Below, piece after piece: positions 29,611 to 39,201 of a stretch of DNA of 64,000 bases. The position numbers and the translations under genes were made by a program. Each line of letters begins with the position of its first letter. Within the stretch, counting starts at the first letter, position 1. The DNA is from a bacterium (GTDB lineage Bacteria; UBA8248; JACPRG01; G963555815): assembly GCA_965218795.1 (NCBI GenBank), contig OZ244653.1:3744001-3808000 (forward strand), given 5' to 3'. The notes under the pieces were generated by a model. It searched no databases, was not told where the DNA came from, and saw nothing but the letters and a program-made list of their open reading frames with translations.

Positions 29611-29734
29611 GGGCAATGAAACTCTTCAAAGAGGTCAAGACCCAACCAGGAATCCATCCGTTATCGACCCATTCCCGGGAGTACTCCGCCCCTCCGACGA
29701 TCCCGGAATATGGATTGAAATTCTGGAGAGCACG

Positions 29735-30775
29735 ATGACGTTTTCCTCTTTTCGAACAAACGCCATTCTTCAAAGAGGCGATGGGCCAAGTGAGGCGGCC
29801 AAGGACCTCCAACGGGACCTGAGGCGGCTGGGGTATCTGAGGACGGGGATCGGCGGGCAATTCGGGCCCGGGACGGAGCGGGCGGTCAAGGCCCTTCAAT
29901 ACGACCTGCTGAACAATCACGGACGCAGCACGAGGGGCGACGGCGACGCGCCCGTCTCGGTGGCGGATTACAACAAGGGCCGCGTGACGGACATCACGGG
30001 AATCTGCGACCGGCCGCTGGCCCGATGCATCTCCGACATGCTGAGGGATCCGGCCTTTCCCAAGCTGCCCTCGGCGGAAAATCCGAGAGAGGAAAACGCA
30101 AGAGCCCTCCGCGCCGTCGGAGACATGCGGGAACTGAAGACCCCCCTCCCGTTCCTGATGGCCATTCTGGCCCAGGAGAGCAGCCTGCGTCACTATCGCG
30201 TGCCCACTTCGAGGAACGAAGACAACTTCATCACCGTCGGTCTGGACACGAACGCTTCCGAAAAATTCATCATCACCTCCCGCGGGTACGGCATGGGGCA
30301 ACACACGCTCTTCCATCATCCGCCCCAGCCCCAAGAGGTCCGGCAAATCATGCTGGATCCGGTCCGCAACGTTCAGCGGGCGGTCGAAGAGCTCCGGGAG
30401 AAGTTCGACCGCTTCGTCAACGGACGGACCTCGGGCACGCGGGCGGACGACCGGATCAAAGAGGCCGGGACCGGGAATCTCCGTGTGTGCGTCTTCAAGC
30501 GAACCCAGCCGGAACAATACCTGCGGGCCTGCCAGGAGTGCATGAGGAACGCGGGGGAATACGACATCATCGCCCACCAGACGCTCTTGTACGCCGGTTC
30601 CTCACATCGTTACCGGCCTACGCAGTATCATCCCAAGGAAAGATATGAAGGCGTTCCGCGACGCAAGAACATTCCCTGCGACTGGCCCTACGCGGCCCGC
30701 CGCTACAACGGGGCGGGCGTGAATTCCTATCACTACCAGACGCAGGCACTGCTTCGGATTCTCAAGCGGGGGTGA
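29735..30775 (+). CDS. Peptidoglycan-binding domain protein with a lysozyme/transglycosylase-like domain
   Basis: LQRGD...LQRDLRRLGY..GQFGPGTERAVKALQ (PG_binding_1); AILAQES, GYGMGQ, RYNG motifs. Confidence 0.75.
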   Translation: MTFSSFRTNAILQRGDGPSEAAKDLQRDLRRLGYLRTGIGGQFGPGTERAVKALQYDLLNNHGRSTRGDGDAPVSVADYNKGRVTDITGICDRPLARCISDMLRDPAFPKLPSAENPREENARALRAVGDMRELKTPLPFLMAILAQESSLRHYRVPTSRNEDNFITVGLDTNASEKFIITSRGYGMGQHTLFHHPPQPQEVRQIMLDPVRNVQRAVEELREKFDRFVNGRTSGTRADDRIKEAGTGNLRVCVFKRTQPEQYLRACQECMRNAGEYDIIAHQTLLYAGSSHRYRPTQYHPKERYEGVPRRKNIPCDWPYAARRYNGAGVNSYHYQTQALLRILKRG

Positions 30776-30832
30776 GGTTCGAATCCAGATGACTTATCCT
30801 GGAGGGTGGGCATTTTGGGCACAGGCCCGGGA

Positions 30833-31580
30833 CTACGTTATGCTCGGAAGAGAAGAACAAATTTTCAATTTGGTGATTTGCACTGTAGATATGGAGGGCG
30901 ATAATGGAACCATTCGCACGCCCCATCTAATAATATTAGTGGCTCGTGCCAGAATGTTCCGTTCTGCTTTGAATAACCGTGGTTGAAGCTTTTCGTGCGC
31001 TCTAGGATCATTGTGTTCCCATTTTCGGAAAACTGACCAACTACAATAATCGGCCACCTGAATCCAAGCATTGCTCGTGCGGTGGTGATGGAACGATTCA
31101 AAGGGCATTTTTCGAGGAAGTTCAGCTCGGCATGCTCTTTTGATGGCTTTTTCTACGGAGACTCGGGGTGTCTTCATCGGTAGAGAATCGGTAAACACCA
31201 GGATGCGAGATGTGGAAGGCTGGATTCTTCTTAGTATGAATCGGATTACATGAGACGCAAATCTTGGATAGAAACGGTGGGGTTCCCGGAGCATCGGAAG
31301 AAGCTTGGCCTTTTCTACAACAATCGCCACAAAATTCCAACTTTCGTGGCGAAGCAGGATTTCTATAACCGCTGACTTATGATCGAGTTTGTCCTCGACA
31401 GCGTGAAAAGCCTCAATATTGTGTCCTTTTATTTAAGAGGGAAAAGCGAAGCGAAGTCAGATCGTTAGCCAGGGGCGCAGAATTATACGTCCAGGCCGCC
31501 GCGAAAACATAGTACTTTGTTCCGGTTGGTTTAAAATGAAAGTTGCCGGATTCATCCAGATGGATATGCAGGGTGGCCAC
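30833..31580 (-). pseudogene. DUF3800 family protein (RNase H-like), frameshifted
   Basis: VATLHIHLDESGNF at 31580 and IQVADYCSW near the C-terminus; frameshift near 31432. Confidence 0.75.
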
Positions 31581-31598
31581 ATGGTCCCCAAACGCGTG

Positions 31599-31653
31599 AC
31601 CTCCCCGCCTAGCCCGAAGGCCAGCCCCCTGGGGGCTCTTTCAGCGGGGAGGT
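31599..31653. ncRNA. Candidate three-way-junction structured RNA next to the DUF3800 gene
   Basis: Outer stem ACCTCCCCGC/GCGGGGAGGT enclosing the hairpins GCC-CGAA-GGC and AGCCCC-CTG-GGGGCT. Confidence 0.5.
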
Positions 31654-31847
31654 ACCTTTTCCTAAGCATCCTATAATTGCAACTCTGCAAGATATGTCCA
31701 ATGATTCAAATTTGCAAGACGTGTTTCCTCATTTTTTCGCTTGGGAAATTGATGGGATCAAGTCTCAAATTCCAAAACTGCGGGAGAACGGATTTTTCTG
31801 AAAATTGACTGGTCTCACCGGAACACGATCACCCCATACGATAAGCG

Positions 31848-32681
31848 TCAGTCCTCGTATTCCCGATACGGCGCAATGTCCGACTCGATGTCCATGCCCT
31901 CGCTGAGCTTGTTGAGCCCCTCGAAATAATCCACCACCGCCAAGACTTCGACCAGCGCGGCGTCGTCCATCCCCATCCGGCGAAGCGCGGTTACGTGCTC
32001 ATTCGCAAAGTAATGACTGCCGACGTTCGCAGAGACCGCATAGCCGAGGATCTCCTTTTCCTTCAGGCTGAGAACCCCCTCGGTCAGAAGGATCTTCGAG
32101 CGGGTCCAGGCGGCTTCCAGATAGAGGGGACGATGGGCGACCGCCCGCCAGAACAGAGGAACCGTTTTTCGCCCGAGCCTTTCGCGCTCCCGCTCCCGAA
32201 TCTCTCCAAAGACCTTCCCGAGCCTTCCCTTCGCGCCCTCTTCTTCGACCAGGCCCAGGAGCATCCCCTTGGGCGTCCCCCCTTCCTCCTCGGGAGCGAA
32301 AATACCCGCCCCGAAGGCGGCCTTGCTCAGCCCGCAGACCAAGTCCACCATGGACATCAATTCCGTCACGGCCTTCTCATCTTTTCCCATCCGCATCACG
32401 GCGGCCACGTGTGAATCCGTTCAGTAGCGGCACCCGTTGGCGGCCGAGACGGCCGAGGCGATCATCTCCCTTTGCACGTTGCTCAAGTGTCCCGGCTGGC
32501 GGACGGTTTTGGCCTTTCTCCAGGTGGCATCGAGATAGGCCAGATGGTGCCCCATGCAGCGCCAGATGTTGGCCAGCTTGGGAATGCCCCACCGGGCCTT
32601 TTCTGCGGCCACTATCTGCTCCACGGTGTTCTCGTTGGATCGACGGATCTCACCCTCGTTCAGCAGGCGGATGGTGGTCAT
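31848..32681 (-). CDS. Two-domain AhpD/CMD-family protein, probable selenoprotein (CRYU; in-frame TGA at 32421-32423)
   Basis: ORFs 32421-32681 and 31848-32408 are in frame across a single TGA: VSAANGCRY-U-TDSHVAA, the AhpD CxxC-x3-H motif with TGA at the second Cys. Confidence 0.8.
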
Positions 32682-32864
32682 GGACGATTCTCCCCGGCCC
32701 GTGACGGATGGGCGCAGTCAGGATTTGTCGGGATCTGCAACAATGTACCCGGGCGAGCATTCGGTGGGATCAACGGCCGTTCAGGTTTGAGAGCGGGGGC
32801 GGTTGTTGGAGGCCGTTCAGCGCCTCCTCCGGTGCGCGGCCCAAGGGCCCGGCGAAGACGATGC

Positions 32865-32896
32865 GGCCCGCCCCCGCCTCTGGGCGGGGGCGGGCC
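32865..32896 (-). terminator. GC hairpin after the SBP gene
   Basis: GGCCCGCCCCCGCC-TCTG-GGCGGGGGCGGGCC; no clear U-tract. Confidence 0.5.
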
Positions 32897-32903
32897 GGCA
32901 AAC

Positions 32904-34121
32904 TCAGAACCTCGGCTTGGGATACTGGTAGCTGCCCTGCGCCATATCCTTGGGGGAAACGGGCAGCCGCTTCCCGCCCTGGATCTGGATGACGGGCACG
33001 ATGCTGCCGATGTTCTGTCCGTTCTTGTTGAACTTGATCCGGCCGAAGAACGTCATGGCGTCCATGGCCGCCAGGGCGTCCCGGATTTTGTTCTTGTCCA
33101 GGCTGCCGACCTTCTCGATGGCGAGCTGGTACGCAACGCCCGCCGCCGAGGAAGCCGCCGCCACGTAATCGGCCTCATCCCCGGTGGCCTTCATCCACAT
33201 TTTGCTGAAGTCGTCTGGTGTTCCAAGGACGGGTCCCTTGTAACCGAGCGTGTCCGCCCACCAGGAGGCGGTCGTGATACCTTCGGCCGTCTTGCCGAGG
33301 GCCTTCGTGTACTGCGAGTACACGGGCCCGGCCGTCATGAAGATGGCCTTGGGATTGACCTTTAGCTCCTTGGCCTGTTTCGTCGCCAGGATCAGGTCGC
33401 CCAGATAGCCGGCCACCATCAGAACGTCCGGTTTCTTGCCCTTCACCGTCGTCAGCCAGGTGGACATGTCCTTGGCGTCCTTCGGGAACTGGGCATAGTA
33501 GACTTCCTTCAGGCCGTATTTCTTCGAAACCCCCTGGAAGACCTTTGTGATGACCTTGGGGAAGAAGTCGTTCCTCGTGACAAAGGCCATGGTCTTGGGC
33601 TTGGGGTTCTGGGACGACACAAGCTGGAAAAAGCTGTCCGCAGGAAAGTCGTTCGGCACGAGCAGGCCGAACAGGTACTTGTAGCCGCGCGCGTAAAGCT
33701 TCGCGGAGCTGGCGGTCGGCGCGATCATGGGCATGCCGTAGCGCTCGGTCATCGCGGCGACCGAGGCCGTGGCGCCGCTTCCGAACGGCCCGAACGTGAA
33801 CTGAACCTTGTCTTTCGTGATGAGCCGCTCGAAGAGCTTGGTGGCCGTCGGCGTCTTGCTCTCATAATCGTAGTAGACGATCTCCACCTTCATCTTCTTG
33901 CCGCCGACGTTGATTCCGCCCTGCTTGTTGACCAGATTTCTCCAGAGCTCGTAGCCGGTTCGTTGTTTCTTTCCCTCGGTCGCGAGCGGCCCGGTCAGAG
34001 GCAGGGCCGCGCCGAACTTGATGACGTCGGCCGCCTGCGCCGGTGGGATCAGGAAAGAAGTCCCGGCGGCGACCCATGCCAACGCTAGGATGACCCCAAA
34101 CGTTTTTCGCAAGTGACTCAT
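32904..34121 (-). CDS. Branched-chain amino acid-type ABC transporter substrate-binding protein (LivK/J family)
   Basis: Signal peptide; IKFGAALPLTG, VNKQGGI, GPFGS, TFFGRIKF; AAGGAGG RBS. Confidence 0.9.
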   Translation of the reverse strand: MSHLRKTFGVILALAWVAAGTSFLIPPAQAADVIKFGAALPLTGPLATEGKKQRTGYELWRNLVNKQGGINVGGKKMKVEIVYYDYESKTPTATKLFERLITKDKVQFTFGPFGSGATASVAAMTERYGMPMIAPTASSAKLYARGYKYLFGLLVPNDFPADSFFQLVSSQNPKPKTMAFVTRNDFFPKVITKVFQGVSKKYGLKEVYYAQFPKDAKDMSTWLTTVKGKKPDVLMVAGYLGDLILATKQAKELKVNPKAIFMTAGPVYSQYTKALGKTAEGITTASWWADTLGYKGPVLGTPDDFSKMWMKATGDEADYVAAASSAAGVAYQLAIEKVGSLDKNKIRDALAAMDAMTFFGRIKFNKNGQNIGSIVPVIQIQGGKRLPVSPKDMAQGSYQYPKPRF

Positions 34122-34196
34122 ACGAAGTCCTCCTTCAGTGTATGGGAATGGTGACACGGTATCACCTCCTGCCATCCAAAAGCATGGATGAGGATC

Positions 34197-36527
34197 CTAC
34201 TCCACCCTCTCCACCTCTTGATCAACCCCCGCTTGAATCAGCGCCTCATAAACACGCTCGGGATTCATCGGCAACTCGTGGAGCCGAATCCCCGTGGCAT
34301 CGGCAATGGCGTTGGCCACGGCCGCGGCTGTCGGCACCAGTCCCGGCTCGCCGACGCCCTTGGCCCCGTAGAGCGGCCGGCCTTCGGGATCCTCGACCTC
34401 GACCACGAACGTATCCGGAATGGGCATATCCAGGGCGCACGGAATCTTGTAATCGATGAACGACGGGTTGACGGCCGAGCCGCCGTCCTGGGCCAATTCC
34501 TCGAAGAGAGCGAAGCCCAATCCCTGTGCAATGGATCCTTCAATTTGACCTTCCACGCCCCGGCGGTTCATCACGCGGCCCACGTCGTGGGCGGCCAGGA
34601 ACCGCAGGATTTCTACATGTCCCGTCTCCGTGTCCACCTCTACTTCGACCAGATGGCAGCCCGTCGAGTAGGTGGGGATCTGGTTGCTCCAGTCCACGAG
34701 TCCCGCCGCCTCCACGTCTTCGAACCGGCCCTCGACCGTAATCGGGACTCCTTTCTTGTCGTAGAGGATCGAGACGGCATCGGCGAAGGTCATGGTCTTG
34801 TCGGGATGGCCGGCAACGTATATCTCCGAATCCTCGGCGCGCAGGTCCTCAACGGAAACCTCCCATTCTTCCGCGACGGCTTCGAAGATCTGCCGGCGGC
34901 CTTCCTCTCCGGCCGCTTTGGCCGCCTGTCCGCACACCCAGGTGCTCCGGCTTCCGTAGTTGCCGAGGTCGTAGGGCACGACGTCGGTATCGTCCGCGAT
35001 GACCACGATGTCGTCCATCCGGACGCCGAGCTCCTCGGCCGCAATTTGAGCCATGATGGTCAGGGCGCCCTGTCCCGTATCGTTGGCCGGCGTGTTCAAA
35101 AAGACTTGGCCGTCCCGGGCGATGTTGATGAAGGTACCCGCCGAGTTGTAGCCGTAGTAGCGGGAGCCGGCGCCCGAGTGCATCATGACGGCGAGGCCCA
35201 TGCCCCGGCGAAAGCGTCCGTTGCCCTCACCGTTTCGGCCGCCTTGGACACGGAACTCCTTCCACCCCGCCGACTCGGCCACCATATCCAGGCATCGTTC
35301 CAGCTGGCATTCGGGCAGAACGACGCCCGACGGGCTGGTCTCTCCCGCCCGGTTCGCGTTGATGCGGCGCAGTTCCAGAGGATCCATGCCCAGAAGGTCG
35401 GCCATGCGGTCCATTTGGGATTCGGCGGCAAAGGTGAGCTGCGGATTGCCAAAGCCCCGAAAGGCCGTCCCCGGCTGGCGGTTGGTGTAAACGATATATC
35501 CATCGTACTGGATGTTCGGCACGTTATAGAGAACCGCGAACATGGAGCCCGCGAAGCTGAGGGTTGCGCTGCCCTTATCCGTATAAGCGCCGCTGTCCAC
35601 GTAGATCTGAACAGAGCGGGCCGTCAGCCGGCCGTCGGACCGAACGCCGGCCTTCAAGTCGATGTGGTACGGGTACCGGGTCCGCGAGATCAGAAATTCG
35701 TCGGTCCGTGTGTTGGCGACCTTCACGGGCCGGTCCGTTTTTCCGGCCAGGATGGCGGCCACGGGCAGCCCCATGTCCATCACCATCCGGTTGCCGAACG
35801 CCCCGCCGGTGGCGGGCTTGATGATCTGGATACGCCGGGGTTGGATGTCGAGGGTCCGGGCGACTTCTTCCTTCAGCGTGTGGGGCGCCTGGGTGGAGGC
35901 CCACAGGGTCAAGCGGGAGTTCGGCCCCGTTCTCTCCCAACGGGCGATACAGCTACGGGTCTCCAGGGTGCAGTGTGCGGCTCTCTGCGTGACGAAAGAG
36001 TCTTCGACAACGTGGTCCGCCTCGGCAAAGCCCTTTTCCGGATCGCCGTAGGTCTTGTTGAGCGAGAAGGCGATATTCCGCTCTTTCCCCTCGTGAATGA
36101 GGGGCGCCTCTTCGCGGACGGCTTCTTTCGGATCGAAGACGGCCGGGAGCGTTTTATATTCCACGTGTATGAGAGAAAGCGCCTCGTCCGCCTGCTCTTC
36201 GGTCTCGGCGGCCACCGCGGCTACTTCATCACCGACGAACCGGACGCTGCCGTCGCAGAGCGGGAGCTTGTCGGCCTGGGGCGCGGTGAAGCTGAAGGGG
36301 ATTTTGGGCGTGTCCTCCGCGGTGATGACCGCCCGGACCCCTCTGGCCGTCTCGGCACGCGAGGTGTCGATGTTCAGGATACGGGCGTGCGCGTGGGGGC
36401 TGCGGAGAATTCTGCCGTGCAGCGTTCCGGGAAGCTCGATGTCGGACAGGAATTCCATGGCCCCGGTCGCCTTGGGCGGGGCATCGACCCGGGGGACTCC
36501 TTTTCCGACCAAGGACAGCGGTTTCAT
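34197..36527 (-). CDS. Xanthine dehydrogenase family Mo-binding large subunit (4-hydroxybenzoyl-CoA reductase alpha / nicotinate dehydrogenase-like)
   Basis: LRSPHAHARI, GGAFG, AFRGFGNPQ, GNYGSR, GQIEG, GAKGVGE. Confidence 0.93.
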   Translation of the reverse strand: MKPLSLVGKGVPRVDAPPKATGAMEFLSDIELPGTLHGRILRSPHAHARILNIDTSRAETARGVRAVITAEDTPKIPFSFTAPQADKLPLCDGSVRFVGDEVAAVAAETEEQADEALSLIHVEYKTLPAVFDPKEAVREEAPLIHEGKERNIAFSLNKTYGDPEKGFAEADHVVEDSFVTQRAAHCTLETRSCIARWERTGPNSRLTLWASTQAPHTLKEEVARTLDIQPRRIQIIKPATGGAFGNRMVMDMGLPVAAILAGKTDRPVKVANTRTDEFLISRTRYPYHIDLKAGVRSDGRLTARSVQIYVDSGAYTDKGSATLSFAGSMFAVLYNVPNIQYDGYIVYTNRQPGTAFRGFGNPQLTFAAESQMDRMADLLGMDPLELRRINANRAGETSPSGVVLPECQLERCLDMVAESAGWKEFRVQGGRNGEGNGRFRRGMGLAVMMHSGAGSRYYGYNSAGTFINIARDGQVFLNTPANDTGQGALTIMAQIAAEELGVRMDDIVVIADDTDVVPYDLGNYGSRSTWVCGQAAKAAGEEGRRQIFEAVAEEWEVSVEDLRAEDSEIYVAGHPDKTMTFADAVSILYDKKGVPITVEGRFEDVEAAGLVDWSNQIPTYSTGCHLVEVEVDTETGHVEILRFLAAHDVGRVMNRRGVEGQIEGSIAQGLGFALFEELAQDGGSAVNPSFIDYKIPCALDMPIPDTFVVEVEDPEGRPLYGAKGVGEPGLVPTAAAVANAIADATGIRLHELPMNPERVYEALIQAGVDQEVERVE

Positions 36528-36693
36528 CGGCCAATCCCTTTGAAGGCGCCGAATGCGTCCGGAACCGCTTCAACGGTTGCGCCGTTTCGATGATAGCAGC
36601 GGATTTTCAATCCTATCAGATGAAGCCGTTGCGTCACAACGACGTGGGAGACCGCCGGGCGCGAAACCGCCTCCCCCTCAGCCGCCCGCTTCC

Positions 36694-37425
36694 CTACATG
36701 CCGAGGTAGGACCGCTTCATTTCGGGATGTTCCAGGAGTTCCTGGGAGCTGCCCGACAGCGAGATCCGGCCGGTCTCGAAGACGTATGCCCGGCCGGCCA
36801 GCTCCAGGGCCGTGAGGACGTCCTGCTCCACCAGAATCACCGTGACCCCTTCGGCGTTGATTTCCTGAACAATGGTCGAGAGCTCTTCCACGATACGGGG
36901 CGCCAACCCGAGGGACAGCTCGTCGATCAGGAGGAGCTTCGGCCGGGCCATCAGGCCGCGCGCGATGGCGCACATTTGCTGCTCCCCCCCGGAAAGGCTT
37001 CCGGCGAGCTGATGCCGGCGGCCGCTCAGCGCGGGAAAATATTGGAACACCCGATCCAGATCGGCCTGAAGATCCTTGACCGGCATCTTTCGGGCGTAGG
37101 CCCCCATGAGCAGGTTCTCTTCCAGGCTCATCGCCGGGAAGAGCCTGCGTCCCTCCGGGACGTGGGCGATTCCCTTCTCGACGATCTCCTCGGACCTGGC
37201 CTGCTCCATCGCCTCGCCGTCGAATGAGATGCTGCCCGCCGCCGGCTTCAGGATGCCGGAGAGGGTCTTCAGGAACGTCGTCTTGCCGGCTCCGTTACTG
37301 CCGATGACGGCGACGATCTCTCCCTGATAGACTTCGACGTCGATCCCCCAGAGGATCTGGATGTCGCCGTACCCGGTCTCGAGACCCTTGACCTTCAGGA
37401 GCGTAGAGCCGTTTGTCGCATTCAT
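36694..37425 (-). CDS. livF: ABC transporter ATP-binding protein
   Basis: GSNGAGKTT, HVPEGRRLF, LSGGEQQM, DELSLGLAP. Confidence 0.9.
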   Translation of the reverse strand: MNATNGSTLLKVKGLETGYGDIQILWGIDVEVYQGEIVAVIGSNGAGKTTFLKTLSGILKPAAGSISFDGEAMEQARSEEIVEKGIAHVPEGRRLFPAMSLEENLLMGAYARKMPVKDLQADLDRVFQYFPALSGRRHQLAGSLSGGEQQMCAIARGLMARPKLLLIDELSLGLAPRIVEELSTIVQEINAEGVTVILVEQDVLTALELAGRAYVFETGRISLSGSSQELLEHPEMKRSYLGM

Positions 37426-37456
37426 TCCGGTTGACTCGAATCCGGCGGTGACCGCC

Positions 37457-38221
37457 TCATCTGCCGCTTTCGGCGATCCGGGCGGCGAACTTCTCACCCA
37501 GGTAGGCGCGGATGACCTGATCGTCGCTGGTGACCATCCTGGGGTCGCCCTCCGCGATTTTTTCGCCATGGTGAAGCACGAACACCCGATCCGACAGTCC
37601 CATGATGACGTGCATGACGTGTTCGATGATGAGGATGGTGATCCCCTGGTCGCGAATCCTTTGGATCAGTGCGATGGCTTCCCGGGTTTCGTTCGTGTTG
37701 AGCCCGGCATTGACCTCATCGAGGAGCAGAAGCTCGGGGTTGGTGGCCAGCGACTTGGCGAGCTCCAAACGCTTTCGCTCGACCAGGGTGAGCTCCGCGG
37801 CCAGCCGGTCCGCCATCTCGGCGAGACCCACGAATTCCAGCTTTTCGCGGGCAACGTCGCGCGCCCGGTGTATATCGTTCTCGGTGTGCATATGACCGAA
37901 CAGGGCCCCCATGACGACGTTGTCCAGCACGGTCAGGTTGGGAAACGGTTGAACGATCTGGAACGTCCGGGCGACGCCTAACCGTGTGACCTGATGGGGC
38001 TTGAATCCGTTGATGGGGCGGCCATTGAACGTCATCGTCCCGCTTTCGATGGGGAAGACGCCCGTGATGCAGTTGACCAGCGTGGTCTTGCCCGCGCCGT
38101 TCGGCCCGATCAGACCGAGGATTTCACCCTTACGGACCTGAAAGTCCACGTTGGAGACGGCCGTCAGGCCGCCAAACTCCTTGGTGACACCCTGTCCCTG
38201 GAAAAGAATATCCGCGTTCAT
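37457..38221 (-). CDS. livG: ABC transporter ATP-binding protein
   Basis: FGGLTAV, GPNGAGKTT, ARTFQ, LLDE, IEH.M, VIRAYLG. Confidence 0.9.
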   Translation of the reverse strand: MNADILFQGQGVTKEFGGLTAVSNVDFQVRKGEILGLIGPNGAGKTTLVNCITGVFPIESGTMTFNGRPINGFKPHQVTRLGVARTFQIVQPFPNLTVLDNVVMGALFGHMHTENDIHRARDVAREKLEFVGLAEMADRLAAELTLVERKRLELAKSLATNPELLLLDEVNAGLNTNETREAIALIQRIRDQGITILIIEHVMHVIMGLSDRVFVLHHGEKIAEGDPRMVTSDDQVIRAYLGEKFAARIAESGR

Positions 38222-39201
38222 ACCCGATAGCGTTGGACGCTTTTGAAGAAGATTGAGCCGATGAACCGGATGCCTTTGGCTCTGACTTCCTGGTAGACGG
38301 AGAAGAATCCCTTCGGGAGGAAGATCACGATCAACACCATGATGATCCCGAGGAACGCGCTGTGAAACTCCAGGAACTGTCCCCAGAGATAATCGTTTAT
38401 GAGCTCGATGAAGCCCGCCCCGAGGATCGGTCCCATGACCGTGCCCGCCCCTCCAATCAAGGTCATGACGATGGCCCGGATGGAGAACAACACGTCAAAG
38501 ACGTCGATGGGCTCCAGAAAAGCGGCGCGGTAGGCGTACACCCCGCCCGCCATGGCGGGATAAATGGCTGAGAGGACGAAGCCGTATATCTTGTACTTCG
38601 TGGTCTCGATCCCCAGCATGGCGGCCGCGTCCTCGTTCTCCCGGATAGCCACCAACCCGAATCCGAGCCGGCTCCTTGTGACCCAATACATCGTGATGAA
38701 GGACAGTATGGCGACCGCCAGCATGTAGTAGTAGAACAACCGGGTGAAATAATCGGGACCGCCCGGCGCCAGCGGGAGATTGATACCGTCCCCCCCCCCC
38801 GTAATCTCCAGATTCTCCGCCAGCTCCCGCAGGGTCTCGGCCACGCCGTAGCTGGCGATCGCGAAGTAATGCCCCTTCAGGCGGAGGATGGGAATCCCCA
38901 AAACAAAGGCCAGAAGGGCCCCTGCAAAGGCCCCGATAAAGAGCGTAGCGATGAAAGGCGTTCCGATGTTCATGAAGATGGCCGTCAGATACGCCCCCAG
39001 CCCGAAAAAGGCCGCAGGTCCGAAGGACGGATACCCGGTCAGACCGCCGATGAAGTTCCAGCTCATCGCGAGGATGGCGAGCATCAGGACGTCAAACCAC
39101 TTCCGGATCTCATCGTTGGGCTCGAAGGTCGGGATCAGGATGAAGAGGACGATCCCCGCTCCCATTGCGATCCATTGAATTTTGGTCCACGGACGAAACA
39201 T
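38218..39201 (-). CDS. livM: ABC transporter permease
   Basis: GYPSFG.AAFFGLGAY, LRLKGHYFAI, AIRENEDAA, IGGAGT..GP. Confidence 0.9.
   Translation of the reverse strand: MFRPWTKIQWIAMGAGIVLFILIPTFEPNDEIRKWFDVLMLAILAMSWNFIGGLTGYPSFGPAAFFGLGAYLTAIFMNIGTPFIATLFIGAFAGALLAFVLGIPILRLKGHYFAIASYGVAETLRELAENLEITGGGDGINLPLAPGGPDYFTRLFYYYMLAVAILSFITMYWVTRSRLGFGLVAIRENEDAAAMLGIETTKYKIYGFVLSAIYPAMAGGVYAYRAAFLEPIDVFDVLFSIRAIVMTLIGGAGTVMGPILGAGFIELINDYLWGQFLEFHSAFLGIIMVLIVIFLPKGFFSVYQEVRAKGIRFIGSIFFKSVQRYRV

Noticed and set aside
29735-30775. Prophage
   Set aside because: A lone lysin-like gene with no structural, terminase, holin or integrase genes.
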